In this document: piece by piece, positions 9,309 to 21,900 of the stretch | How the letters are laid out: the number at the start of each line of letters is the position of its first letter | Position numbering within the stretch: position 1 is the first letter of the stretch | Origin: Aduncisulcus paluster | Taxonomy: Eukaryota | Length of the DNA: 51,157 nt | Direction: 5' to 3' | Assembly (NCBI GenBank): GCA_024181965.1 | Contig: BQXS01000117.1 | Location: 1 to 51,157, forward strand | Notes under the pieces: model-generated | Databases searched by the model: none | What the model saw: the letters and a program-made list of their open reading frames with translations, nothing else | Told to the model about the DNA's origin: nothing | Position numbers and translations under genes: made by a program

Positions 9309-12276
9309 ATGGACGAAGAAGGAGAAAAGATAATTGACGATCTAGTTGAACGGGGAAAGTTGAGTCGTGGAAGGTATGTTATAATTTATTGGGTTTTGTT
9401 AGAATTCTCATTTTTTTGGTTGTTTTCTTATTATTTTCCCATTATTTGCTATGTTTGTTATATATCAGAGGAGATTTACTTAAAAGTAAGTATCAAAAAT
9501 TGAAAGATGTCCTTATGGCAGTCCAAATAAGAGAGAAAGAAGCATTAGAGAAAAAACGCCAATTACAGCAAAGAATAGATACTAGTAGGAAAGAACAAAG
9601 GTATGTTATACCAAATTATTATGATTATGGTTGTGGTTTCTAAATTTTGTTTATTTTATGATTTTCTATTTTGTTTATTGTTCTCTTTGATGATATAGTT
9701 CGCTTGAAAATGACAATAGAAATCGTCAAAAGAAGATTGCGGACCTGCAGTCTACCTTGTCAGCACTTGAAGACCAACATAGATCTTTATTAGAGCAAGA
9801 TGCTCAATTGCAAAGTGTTACCACACAGCTTAGGCGTGATCAATCACAATTACAGTCAATTGTTGATGGATATAAAGAAGAAGCCCGAGCTATGCTTCGC
9901 CCACAAATATTAAAAGTCACAAGAGAAGTAGAAATTCTTAAGGATGTATGTTCGACATCCAAACGAACTTTCGATAATTTAACTGCCGAAAAGAAAGAAA
10001 CAGCAAAATATACCAAGAAACTCAAGGATGGTCTTCGAATTCTTCAAGATCAAATTGAAAAAACTGAGCTTGATGCCAAACGAGCTTACCAAGAACCCAA
10101 AAGGCAAGAAAAACAGGCTGCCATTGTTGAAGCAGTTCTTTCACAAGCCAGAGATGAGAGTGCGCGTAAAGCTGCCTTTCTAAAGACTGTTGAACAATCT
10201 CTTGCCTCTGTTCTAGAAGAACGAGCCTCCAACAAAGAGCTTCTTGCTTCGCTTCGGAAAGAGCAACGTGAGTTGGAACAGCGTGGAGAAGCCATTGATT
10301 TGAGTATCGGTGGTGTGAAGCGAGAGATTGTACAGTGCAAGACTGAACAATCCTCCCTCACTGCAGACAGGAATGCTCTTCAGCTGGAATTGGCTCAAGA
10401 AAAAGAATCTATGTTATCTGTGATGGAAGAGAAGGAACGTATTAAAAAACAGACCCAGAGATTATTCACCCTCATTCAGAAATTAGAGGTCAATTCGGGC
10501 CTTATGAAGACTCAGATTACATCAGACAAGGGTGTTATTGTGAGTCTGCAAAGAGCCATTGCTGGAATCAAGGCATCTCGGACGAAACATCAAAAAGAAG
10601 CAAAAGAGGAACAAGATATGAAAGAGATGAAATTTGCTGATGTTGTGAAACAGATGAAAACTCGGTCAATTCAATCTGGCGACCTTGAGAGCAAATTGCA
10701 TGAAAATGGTTTGGCTGGCGACGAATTGTACAAGGTACGTCATGAATGTGAGACTCTGCGTCGAGTCCGTGCTGCCGAGGCTGCCCAGCTTGAGTCTGTG
10801 AGGAGAACGATGAGGGATTCTGCCAGTGCTCTGACCTCAGCTAACGAGGATGTTATTGCCAAAGATGGAATCATTTTGGAATACAGGCGTCGTCTTACCA
10901 CGCTTGAAAGACAATTAAAAGAGGCTCAGTCGTTGTACAGAGCTGTGAAGGGCCAACGAAACAAATTCGCCTCAATCCATCACACGACCAAACAAATGGT
11001 TATTGAAGTTGGCGAAAGAGTGAAGATTCTTGAAAATGAATGCTCTCAACTCAAAGCAGAACTTGCGACCAAGTCTCAATCTCTCGTCAATGAACAGGAA
11101 GTCACCCATAAAATGCGGATGGAACGAGACCATGTGCGTGAAGACGAGAACAAAAAGACGCAACGGCTTGGAGAATTACAAAAAGAGGTTGAGCGTCTTC
11201 GAATTATGGCTTCTGATAAGGCCAAGAAAGTTTCCATTTGTGAACGTGACATTGCTAGTCTACGTGATGACCTTCTGCGGATTGCTGAGAGTCGTAACTT
11301 GAGTGGATTGAAAGTGGTTGATCGAAACGATGAAGTGTGTGTACTCCGAGAGAAGTTTTCTCTTCAAACCGAGGTTCTTCACTCTGCCGATGAGGAATTG
11401 AAATCTCGGGAAGAAGAACATCGTATATTGTCAAGGAAAGTCAATGAGAAACAAAGAGCCGTCGATCTATTACGCCAGAGATCGTCTGTTCTGCCCGAAA
11501 TGGTTGAAGAAGTTCAAGTATTCGCGTCAAAGCTTGAGGTTGCGCGAAAAGAAACTCATGTCCTTGCGACTCTTGCTGAAGACCCTGCTTCTTCTACTCG
11601 TTGGAGATCTTTGGAACCCACGGTTGCACAGGCTGCGAAAGAAACCGTCTCTGAGCTTGCCAAACAACTTAAACTTCTTGAGAAACAGTTGAATGAGAAG
11701 AAAGAACAATTGTTGGAAAAGAACCTTATTTTAAATGAAATCACCACGTTAGGTGAGAGGGTTCAAGAAGAAGCCAAGGAGATCCGAGAGAAGATCTTCC
11801 CTCAGGCTAAGAAGGCTGCTGGATACGTTTCAAAAGTTGGCGAGACGGACAGAAGACTTCTTGCCGCTGTTGCTGAACTGTCCATGTGGCAAGCCTCAGC
11901 TGCTAGTCTATCGCAGGAACGAGAGGAGCTCATGACCAAGGTTGAGGAAGGGAAATCGAGGATGGAGGAGGGCTTACCGCCGACTGACGACTGTGAGGAA
12001 GAGTGGGAGAGAAAGGAAATTAGACGAATTGAGAAGAAACAATCAGATATGAGAAAGATTCATAGGGCTGGATTACCTGTTGGTTTCACTCCAGAAGAGA
12101 TTGAATTCGCTCCAGGAGTCGTAAGAAGTCGTGCTAAGCCAAGAAAAGATACATTTAAGGACCCTTCAGGATTGCCAAAACTATTTCCTGCTGCAGGACG
12201 ACCTGTCGAGAAACCAGGATATTCTAGGGCTTATTATTATTATAGTGACCCAGTTCCTCAAGAAATTGAAATATAA
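9309..12276 (+). CDS. CCDC146: Coiled-coil flagellar protein CCDC146/MBO2; join(9309..9373,9469..9600,9699..12276)
   Basis: Long coiled coil with GLKVVDRNDEVCVLREK, LEKQLNEKKEQLLEKNLILNEI and GLPPTDDCEEEW motifs. Two GTATGT..AG introns (9374-9468, 9601-9698) join the exons in frame. Confidence 0.82.
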
Positions 12277-12518
12277 AATTGTTTTATTTCACTATATTCA
12301 AACAATATGCGATATCTGTCATATTGGATGATTATTGTGGTATTAATATATATAGATGTGACTTTATTCATATAGTTTGTTACATAGAATTTAATATTTT
12401 TTCTAATAAACAAATATTTCAGGTGTTTAATATTCTTTGTAGTTTTTCGAGGATATACCGGAGGTGACCAGAGATATTTTTAATATTTTATTTTATTTTG
12501 GCAAAATAAGGAAATTTA

Positions 12519-15182
12519 ATGCTTAAAAAAGTTCGCCAGACGGATAGGGAGCTTAGTGATGATGAATTGAAAGGTATTATTGAATTGGCTAAATCTTCAA
12601 CCATTTTACAAAGGTTAGAATTGTATTTCAAGTATAAAGAACAATTATATCAAATATTATCATCCATATCCTCTTCAGATGACCTTAAAATTGAGTCTGC
12701 TAGAATTTCTTTATGTTTTGAGTGTTTACAAAGCTTTATTGGGCCTCTCGGAGATAAATCCTCCTTTTCAAAGAATGGGATTAGTAACTTATGGGATTTT
12801 TTCGCAAAGATTCTTATGGAAATAGAGTCTGTTATAGAGGGGCCAATTAGTACCTTTTTCTTTCATATATGTGCAAAATATATACAAATATTTAACGAAA
12901 ATCATCTTAATTTCTTTATTCGTATAGACTCCTCTCTTAAGAGGATTTTCGAACGTGGAGAGTGGGATATTCTAGATGAATCCCTCGTTCTCTGTGTTAT
13001 CGAAACTTGTAAGCATTTGTCGTCGAATCCATTCACACGGGATGCTCTTTTAGATCTGATCCAACCGCATATCGTTCCTTGGTTGGACAGATACACTTCT
13101 TCTCAGTGCATTAGAGAGTGGTTGCTAGTTCTCTGCAATATTACTCTTTTAGAGGGTGACTTTAAACCCTGTCCGCACCGTTGTGAATCATTATTTTCAA
13201 TATTTTATCCAATTTTATCCATGATCAAATCCCATTTTAGAAATGAGAAAATTATTGAGGTCATTCACTTTCTTCTCTTACTCTCTCATTTCTGCTGTTT
13301 CTCAGAGGATCGTTCCAAGAAGTGTTATATGCATGTGTATGAATTGCTTCCGGAGTGGATTGCCGAGATCAAGAAGTCAGAATGTTCGACAGGGGTTGTA
13401 TATTGGTCCAAGCTATTAGCAATGTTTTCGTGTGTTCCTTCTCTGTTGGAGCAACTCTCGCCCAAATATGACAAAGATATGCAATGGTCGAGTGATAATG
13501 GCGGTATTGAACGATATGTGTCATCCTTCTTTGAAAATATTCGATCTCAAGCCTCACAAATATCCTCATTTGAAATCGATGGAATTATCCTTCAATGTAT
13601 CCAATGTTCCTCCTCTTCTGCTTTATCTAGGCAATTCCACATGTATTGCTTGAGTCTCCAGGGTATTTTTTCACATGCTGTGTCCATTGATGATATTCGT
13701 CTCGATTCTACTCGATTGCTTCTTGCATGCCGGTGTTTATATCATCTCATGGGTGATTTTGAGACTCCCTTGCCTCTTGATGATATGGATGAGTTATATT
13801 CCACTTTTATCCGTGACCTTATTCGTATTGAGAAAGTTCTGGGTGATTGTATTTCAGAGTGGTTATTTGGAATATGCTCAAGATACGCGTACATGAAAGA
13901 TGATGAGAAACGCAAGGAAATATATGTTACAATTGAGGACTCACTGAGCTCAATTATGGATAAAGGTGAACATGAGACCGTTTCAGACTCCCTTGCTTCG
14001 AAAGTTGTCTCAACTTGTCTAAATATATCATTATGTCTTGATTCTATCGTTCTTGATCCGATGGTAAAGCTTATAAAAACGAAGGTAATTCCTTGGGTTT
14101 ATAAGTATTCACACATTTTTGAAGATATTATTAAATTGTTGAATCACCTAACCATCTGCGATTCCGAACAAGATAAAACACATCTAAAAATATCACATTG
14201 TTCAGATATTGATCATCCTGCTGTTGTTCCGAGTTCTAAAAACAGTGGGTTTCTCACAAGATGTTCAGATATTTTCCCATTATTCAAACATTTATCAGCG
14301 ATCATTCGGGCTCGGTTAAGAAGTCGAAAAGGTCGTAATCTTGAGAATATAACGTATATCATTGGTCTTTGTGCCAATTTATGTTGCAATCCAACATTTG
14401 TCGAACCTATTCATGATCAAATTGAGATGTTCCTTGAAGAATGGTTTGATGCTTTTAGAAGTCAATGGGAAGAAGATTCGAAGAAGTTGGACGATGAAAG
14501 AGTCCCTCGTCAACCATTCGACCTTACTCAATCAGATTGTCAGAGTGGAATGGCCTCTGTCGAAAATGATTTGACAAACTCGATATTCTCTCCTCCAAAA
14601 CATTGGACTTCTGAATTCTCCTCTCCAATCATGTTCCATGGAAGTTCATTGAAAAAAGAAGATCTAATGACTCCCCTTGTATCTAATTATGATAAGTTGG
14701 ATGTTTCAGTCTCAACCATGTCCATCCACACTCAAGTTCAGAAAGGCATGTTTTGTTGGGCGAAATTGGTTGCCTTACTCACATCTATTCCTAGTCTCTG
14801 TGAGAAACTATCCCCCAAGTATGATTCCCAGATGTCCTGGTGGGTTGACAATGTTGATTTCATCGATGGTGATGGGTCTGGAATTAATTGGTTTCAGATG
14901 TTTATTGACAACGTTCAAGAAGAAGAACGAACCCAAAGAGTTAAGAAAAGTTTGAAGTTTGATGTTGAGCAAATGATCTCGGGTATTTTGGAAAAGGAAC
15001 AGGAAAAGCTAAGGGAAAAAGAGAGGAAGATGGAAGAAACCATTGAAATGGAGGTTCAACGGCGAATGAAAGAAATTCAAGAAACATTGGAGGAAGAAGA
15101 GGAACAAAAAATTGAAATTGGAGAAAAGCGCAAACAAAAAAAAGATTTGTCATCTCATTCTTCGAGTTGCAATTGTATGTGA
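12519..15182 (+). CDS. Helical (ARM-like) repeat protein with two large internal repeats and a charged C-terminal coiled coil
   Basis: 887-aa ORF. Both repeats end similarly: YWSKLLAMFSCVPSLLEQLSPKYDKDMQW and CWAKLVALLTSIPSLCEKLSPKYDSQMSW. Confidence 0.8.
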   Translation: MLKKVRQTDRELSDDELKGIIELAKSSTILQRLELYFKYKEQLYQILSSISSSDDLKIESARISLCFECLQSFIGPLGDKSSFSKNGISNLWDFFAKILMEIESVIEGPISTFFFHICAKYIQIFNENHLNFFIRIDSSLKRIFERGEWDILDESLVLCVIETCKHLSSNPFTRDALLDLIQPHIVPWLDRYTSSQCIREWLLVLCNITLLEGDFKPCPHRCESLFSIFYPILSMIKSHFRNEKIIEVIHFLLLLSHFCCFSEDRSKKCYMHVYELLPEWIAEIKKSECSTGVVYWSKLLAMFSCVPSLLEQLSPKYDKDMQWSSDNGGIERYVSSFFENIRSQASQISSFEIDGIILQCIQCSSSSALSRQFHMYCLSLQGIFSHAVSIDDIRLDSTRLLLACRCLYHLMGDFETPLPLDDMDELYSTFIRDLIRIEKVLGDCISEWLFGICSRYAYMKDDEKRKEIYVTIEDSLSSIMDKGEHETVSDSLASKVVSTCLNISLCLDSIVLDPMVKLIKTKVIPWVYKYSHIFEDIIKLLNHLTICDSEQDKTHLKISHCSDIDHPAVVPSSKNSGFLTRCSDIFPLFKHLSAIIRARLRSRKGRNLENITYIIGLCANLCCNPTFVEPIHDQIEMFLEEWFDAFRSQWEEDSKKLDDERVPRQPFDLTQSDCQSGMASVENDLTNSIFSPPKHWTSEFSSPIMFHGSSLKKEDLMTPLVSNYDKLDVSVSTMSIHTQVQKGMFCWAKLVALLTSIPSLCEKLSPKYDSQMSWWVDNVDFIDGDGSGINWFQMFIDNVQEEERTQRVKKSLKFDVEQMISGILEKEQEKLREKERKMEETIEMEVQRRMKEIQETLEEEEEQKIEIGEKRKQKKDLSSHSSSCNCM

Positions 15183-15282
15183 ATACTTGATAGAGTTTCT
15201 AGAGGTACTTTTCTGATCGAAAATGGTATTTTATCTTAATGTCCTCTCTAGAAATTTAGTTGTAGTCAAAATCAATTCTTTT

Positions 15283-15514
15283 GTGAACTGATCTGTTCAA
15301 GCTCGGTCGATCTTATTAGTGCCCCCCCCATTCAGTGAATGGTACAACGTATAATCGAATCTGATTGATGTGAGATTAATAATATAATATTAATTTTCTA
15401 AAAATGTGTGATTGAACGGGAAGTAAACTGTAATTCTATCGCGCTGAACTGAATAATATCATGTTCTTTCGGTGCCAGGCGATAGTGACCGCCGGCTGCG
15501 ACAGATTTTTTTTT
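15283..15514 (+). ncRNA. Candidate structured non-coding RNA, family unassigned
   Basis: Locally GC-richer intergenic tract. Stems CTATCGC(15436-42)/GCGATAG(15479-85), CCATTC/GAATGG and TGAAC/GTTCA; ends ACA-GA followed by T9 (15506-15514). Confidence 0.3.
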
Positions 15515-15591
15515 CATATTTGGTTTTCCTTTTTCGATGAATCCTTGCTTGCTATTACTGGTTAACGTGATTTGAATTGTTTATTAAAAGA

Positions 15592-16289
15592 ATGTTGAAT
15601 CCAAAACAAATGTATGGTATGATTTTCACAACCAAGATTTCCATGCGGGATACAATATAAGTCTAGATTGAGTTCAAAACATTCTTATCTTCTTTTGCTA
15701 TATTTTTTGTTTAGTATTTATCATTGGTGGTTCGTACGTGGGAAAATTATATCTCATTTATCGCTATACTGATCCAGAAATTATTCCGCACGTTCATCAC
15801 CACCGCATTAAAATAGATTTTCGAACAGTCGATTATAAATTTGATGGAATGGGTGAAGATATTAAAACTCGAATATTTCGCGTAAATATTCAACATCCAA
15901 CCAAACATTTTCTATCTCGTATCATAAAACTACATGAGTCATTTCCTGTTGCTGTCCTTTGTGCATTTGATGTAACAAGAAAGAGTTCTTGTCAACCTTT
16001 TTTAGCCCATCCTGAAATTTTTAAACAATTGAATCTTTTCAAAATTCCTTTTATGTTTATCGGGACGAAATGTGATTCTTCAATGCCACATGAAATGTCA
16101 AAACAAGATGGTGAATTGTTTGCAGAATCATTTGGATCGCAGTACACTGAAACCTCTGCACTCACTGGCCTAAATGTTAAAATGATCATCGATGAGATAA
16201 TCAAATCTTCCATAACCTCTTGGCGTTACACTGGAGAGGACGAAGTTATAGTTGAAGAGAAGAGAAAAGAACCATCAAAATGTTGGTAA
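15592..16289 (+). CDS. Divergent Ras/Rab-like small GTPase; join(15592..15616,15715..16289)
   Basis: A 98-nt GTATGA..TTAG intron gives MLNPKQMYVFIIGGSYVGKL. Also CAFDVTRKSS, G4 FIGTKCD, G5 YTETSALTGLNV, and a C-terminal Cys (KCW). Exon 1 is inferred. Confidence 0.8.
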
Positions 16290-16433
16290 AATCTGATCTG
16301 GTTTTCTGGAGAGTTTGGCAACTATTTATTTGCAAATTTCTCATCAATAAAATATACATTAACTATATTGTACTATCGGGACGCCTTCAAAATAAATTCT
16401 CACCAAGATGAAATGCCATGTTTTGATGATAAT

Positions 16434-16981
16434 ACTGTTATTAATAGTTGTACTATTCCTCAGAGGCTCTGAGAAATCATGTTCTGATGTGTGTACGCAG
16501 TTTTTATCGGAATTAAAACTTAATTTTGTTATTTTTATAGTAATATTTTGAAATTATTCATGATAAATGATGTTTATTTCATGTTGTCACTTTTTTTTGA
16601 GAAATTTCGATTTTCCCTGAAACACAAACCAATTAACAAAATATGAAACCACCTATCAAATTTCTATTTGATAGAAAGTATCAAATTTCATCAAGTCNNN
16701 NNNNNNNNNNNNNNNNNACTGTTATTAATAGTTGTACTATTCCTCAGAGGCTCTGAGAAATCATGTTCTGATGTGTGTACGCAGTTTTTATCGGAATTAA
16801 AACTTAATTTTGTTATTTTTATAGTAATATTTTGAAATTATTCATGATAAATGATGTTTATTTCATGTTGTCACTTTTTTTTGAGAAATTTCGATTTTCC
16901 CTGAAACACAAACCAATTAACAAAATATGAAACCACCTATCAAATTTCTATTTGATAGAAAGTATCAAATTTCATCAAGTC
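16434..16981. repeat. Assembly artefact: 264-bp duplication flanking 20-N gap (16698-16717)
   Basis: 16434-16697 = 16718-16981. Confidence 0.9.
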
Positions 16982-18279
16982 GTGGGTTCTCTCCCTCTAA
17001 TACAAGTTCTCATCTTCATGCTTTGCCTTCAACTTCTTCTCGCCGTAATGAAGCGTTAAGTCATTTTAAAACATATTCGAATATTCCAGTGACTCCTTTT
17101 TCAACAACAAAAGCATTTTTTGGCTCAAAACTGGCTCGAGACTCCGTCTTTGAGGAAGTCAGTGATTTTTCTGGGCTTGTTGATGCTCTTCCTTCGGCCC
17201 CGGGTGATTTTTGGCCTATGGATTCGATAATGAGCCCCCGATTTGCTTTTTATGGATCCCATTCCCAATTGACAGAGCCATGTCTGCATGCTCCTTCTCT
17301 TGATCCTGACTATGACTATCCTCCCTTAATCTACACGACCAGTCATATCAAGGAAGGAGGTGAAAGCTATAACCCCATTCCGGTGGATACTTTCAATCCT
17401 ATTGATTCTTCTTTTCCTGGAAAACAACGATTTTCTTCCTTTGTTCATGCGGATGATACTCAGGAAGAAGATCCATTGGCTGAAGGGGTTCATGATGACT
17501 TCGAAAAAGAGGAAGAAGAAGAAGACAGCCAGTATAAAGAGTCTTCTGATATGCTTCGAGATGAATCCTCAAGTGATCACAAACATACTTCTAAATCTAG
17601 ATATAAGAAGAGAGCTTCATGTGATAGTCATGGATGTAGAAATCCTTTTGTGCATGAAAAGGAATACAACACATCTAAAATGAAAGAAATCCATTTTATA
17701 CTATGTTATCTTTTATTTATGTCATATTTGTTCAAGAAGATTGACAAAGGCAAAAGTCCATACCGTTCCTTATTTTTATATGGATGTTTTTGTGAGAAAT
17801 GTGTGGTAAAGGCCAATAAGTTTTGGAATAATTTACTAGATCGAGGATTTGGTGAGAAGAAATGTGGGAAGATTGTTAAAGAATTCAAACTCAAACTTAC
17901 AAGTGATGATGGACAACGAACACTCTACTCTCTGATTAGTGAGGTTATTGAAAACTCCAAATTTTCAAAAACAATTGTTGATTCTATGAAAGAAGGGCTC
18001 TTGGAAACATTTTCCCCCATGCTTCACGCAGTTCTTCCTTCGTCTTATTGGAGTGCAAAACACGAGATTGCGAAAAAGAAATTCCCAAAATCGAAGTCAA
18101 AAAAAGTGCCAAAGACATCCGATAAATCCACAAAATTGAAGTCTAAGAGAGAGAAACTCCATGATGATCTTATTAAATCTATTCCTTTGTTTCGAAAAGA
18201 AAAAGAAGTGGATGGTAATATTATTGAATTCTATTGTGTTCCAGAATATCTTAAGTCCCAGGAAAGTAAGATGAAATAG
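16927..18279 (+). CDS. Hypothetical protein (acidic centre, Cys-containing and Lys-rich C-terminal half)
   Basis: 450-aa ATG-initiated ORF between AT-rich spacers; no family recognised. Confidence 0.7.
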   Translation: MKPPIKFLFDRKYQISSSRGFSPSNTSSHLHALPSTSSRRNEALSHFKTYSNIPVTPFSTTKAFFGSKLARDSVFEEVSDFSGLVDALPSAPGDFWPMDSIMSPRFAFYGSHSQLTEPCLHAPSLDPDYDYPPLIYTTSHIKEGGESYNPIPVDTFNPIDSSFPGKQRFSSFVHADDTQEEDPLAEGVHDDFEKEEEEEDSQYKESSDMLRDESSSDHKHTSKSRYKKRASCDSHGCRNPFVHEKEYNTSKMKEIHFILCYLLFMSYLFKKIDKGKSPYRSLFLYGCFCEKCVVKANKFWNNLLDRGFGEKKCGKIVKEFKLKLTSDDGQRTLYSLISEVIENSKFSKTIVDSMKEGLLETFSPMLHAVLPSSYWSAKHEIAKKKFPKSKSKKVPKTSDKSTKLKSKREKLHDDLIKSIPLFRKEKEVDGNIIEFYCVPEYLKSQESKMK

Positions 18280-18933
18280 ATTTTCCACAACTGCACTCGA
18301 TTTGTTTCTTGATTTATTTGGAAATGAAGTTTTTCTCAATATCTTGATATTTTTTGGCTTTACTTTTACTCATCATTCTCATTATTATTAGTTCTAATAA
18401 TGAGAAAAGGATACTGTGGTATTGTTGATTCATGTTTTTCTTTCTGTTTCATCTATTTTTAAACATTTTAATCCTGAAAAATAGATGGTGTGGACAAATT
18501 CTTTTTTCGATTGGTTTATGGCTCAAGGCTGATCTACTATATAGCCGTAGTTCACAACAAAAACTTTTGCATTGTTATTATCTTTCTCTTGTTCTATTGT
18601 TTTATTAATATTATTCAATATTGTTAATTCTTTTGCTGAATTTGGTTCTTGTTTCTTATATATATGTTATACTCGAGGACTGCTAATGATAGTTCTTCTC
18701 TCGTCCTTCTTAACAACACTGGTTGTTATTGCTGGGACTTATCTGAAGTTTCTGATTGTTTGTCTTGGAATCTAATCTAACCTTGCGGTATGACAATAAC
18801 TTATAAGACGAGTAAATACTCCACTTGTGCAATAGAATATTCCTTTATTAGCTTGTTTTGATCTAATTTTTGATCTGTTTTATCAAGATATTAATAGTTA
18901 TTTATCATGTAGATCTATCCTAGATAACCACAA

Positions 18934-21900
18934 TTATTTTGCTTTTGAAGTTAATTGGGATTTAATGTCTGCAATGGCTATTTTTTTCAAAACTTCTTCC
19001 CAATCTGGACGTACTGAGCTTCGAACGCCGGTCATGTCCATATATCCATCTCCAATGTACAGCCAATCCCTTGAAAGCCCATCTTCTTTATGATCTTTTG
19101 CATAGTCGCTCCAATAGTATGTAAAAGGGGGTTCCATGAGATCTAAATCGCCTTCATGAATACCAATTCCAGCTCCAACAACAGATTTAAGCTTGTCAAT
19201 GATGTTAGAAGATGGTTTATAGACATATCTATTGTCCCTTCCTTTCTTTCTAACTTCAGCCAGTTCTTTCATCCTCATCTTTTGTTCATGACGTTGTTCG
19301 CTTGACTCTGAGAGTGAGTCTAACAGTTCCTTGATGCCAGTCGATTCCCCACACATCACCACACATGAGAGAAGTCGGAGTGGGGGGGTAAATTTATCAG
19401 ACATTTTAGTCTTACTTCCCAAAGAAGAATCTGGAGAGAGCATGTAAGGGTTTATCAGAGCATCGCCACCCCAAGATGACACACAGACTTTCTCAGAGTT
19501 CCCAATATATTTCCTATATCCACCAATGTTCATGGTATTCCCATGATCATCTTTGTGAGGGATAGAAAGGAATTGGACCTTGGGATGGGATGAAAGGAAT
19601 GCCTTCATCTCAGATCTGAGGTATTGAGGAGAGCAAGAAAGTGAAGAAGGAAGAATAAACACAGAATACTCCATTGAAGGGTCAATAGAGAGTGAAGTGC
19701 ATGAAGAAGAACCGGGGACAATTGATTGGGGTGGTCTTGAGGGAAGAGCATGTGATTGATCAAGGAATTCCTTCTTCTTGTCAAGGGCAATCGACATTAT
19801 ATGTTCACCTAGGAGGAGATTGGTTGAGTGTTTGGGCTCGAAAAGGGTTGAAGAGGAACTGGGGAGGATTTTAATGATATCTTTGTTGTGTTTAAGTATG
19901 TATTTGGCACTTCCAGATACAAGAGGGGACACAAACACATCAATTCCACGTAAAGATGGGAACATTTGTGCGGGGCATCCCAATCCAGCACGGAACAAGG
20001 ACATGCTTGGGTTTCTTACTCGTTGGTGGAGAGGAAGAGTTGAAAAGGAGTCGAATACTTCAGGAATCTCTTCTTTCTTGCATTTATCTTTGATTTTCTG
20101 TATCATTGATGCAATTTCATCTGCCTCTTCCTCTGAATCCATACCCACTTGGGTGTGGTGAACTAAAACATGTGTGTCGTTATGAGATGGAGTCTCAAAA
20201 ATGTTACTATACACAGCAAAACCATCAACAGTTCGTGAAGGAAGCATCACATATACGCAAATATCAGTGTCAGGGTCACTTGCTTCACTTAAGAAGTTCT
20301 GGTCGCGAGCTCCATCGACTGTGCACACCACTCTTGACACAATACTCTCCTTTTCACAGCCTATACAGATGCCACGGCATATGGATAAAGAGGAGGAGAG
20401 AGCCCCAAATGAAGAACAATGAAGGAACACATTTGCACATGATTTTCTCTTGGAAACATGATCTTCAGATTCTTCTTCTTCAATCTTTTTGAGACCACTT
20501 CCAGCTTCAATCCATGTCTTTGCATGGGTTTTAAGGGCCCGTTTGCAGTGGGTAATGAATGAAGTGCAGGAATCAACATCACATACCTCAATAAAGACAG
20601 TTTGCATCCTTTGACCATTGACATTTCTAACATTGGCGATATTATCAACACATAACATCAATTTGATCCTTTCACACTTCCGATCGACGTCTAGTTGATC
20701 TTCTTTGAACCATATAGAAGTCCCCGAGAGTGGAAGAAGGATAGGTGGTTGAGAGATGGGACTGAGAAGAATATGTGTGGAATAGAGGACAATGGCACAC
20801 CGAGAGAAGCACAATGATGACATCAGTTTCTCTTGTGAGCCCATATATGGTGAATGAGATGAGGATTCCATCCATCCTTCCATACAGTGTCTCCCATCAC
20901 ACCCAAAAGAACACATACATTCCACAATATTCGGTGACAATGGTTCAGATGTGATGACAAGACGTTTGCCCACAGCAGAACAATCGATGAGTGATGTTGG
21001 AGTGTTATGGAAAAGGACAGGCAGGAGAGATGAACGAACAGAGGGTGAAAAGGCGGAAGGAAACTCTGCAGCAGCGAGAGATGAGTATGTGGATATCCAT
21101 GGGTGTGGCACGAGATAAGTATGGCCAACTGAGAGTCGTAAAGAATGGGAATGGCCCATCAGATCAAACTGAGCAACACATTCAAGTTGTTTGAAGACAA
21201 ATTCACCCTTTGAAGAAATGTTCATACATGAAGAGGCACTGGAAACGAATTCTTTCTTTGATTTTGATATGGATGGAACTGGAGAAACGGACCCTTTCAA
21301 GGAAACATGCATCGAAGTAACTTTCTTGGAAGGATCCGAAAAGTCAACAATATTCAATTGGAATCTATCTCCGTCATATTCTTCCTCTTCTTTCTCCTTC
21401 AGTTCCTCCGGGATTGCCAGTTTAACCAGCTGAACACCTGATATTGGTGAACGGATCCGAGATACAATGTCATCTTTCAGTGATCTTTTTGACATCTCGT
21501 GAAAGTGTGAAAAGGAATCAGAAGATCCAATTAAAACTCCATTTTCATCCATTTTAGGACGTTTTGGTAAACCCTCACACACAATTCCCTCCATGGCAAG
21601 GAGAGTTTCCCGTAGTGTACGTAATATGGAATCGACTTCAACCTCATTGCCTTTAAATACTGAAGGATTAGAAAGACACAGAGCAGTTGAAGATGCCCTA
21701 ATGGGCAAGTGTGGGTGAGAACAGTCAAGGACGACACTTTCAATAATTGAATTATCTCCGGAAGTATGGCATACAGTGGCACTTCCAGGCTTACAAAATC
21801 CAATTTCTTTATCATCATGGATTACAAGGAAAGGAGAGGAAAGCTTGGTTGAGATTAATGGAAGTCCACTCCTAACACAGTCGTGGAAAGGTTTATCGCT

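Noticed and set aside
18376..18406. 12-bp AT-rich hairpin TTCTCATTATTA/TAATAATGAGAA
   Set aside because: Low-complexity arms, single occurrence, no supporting context.
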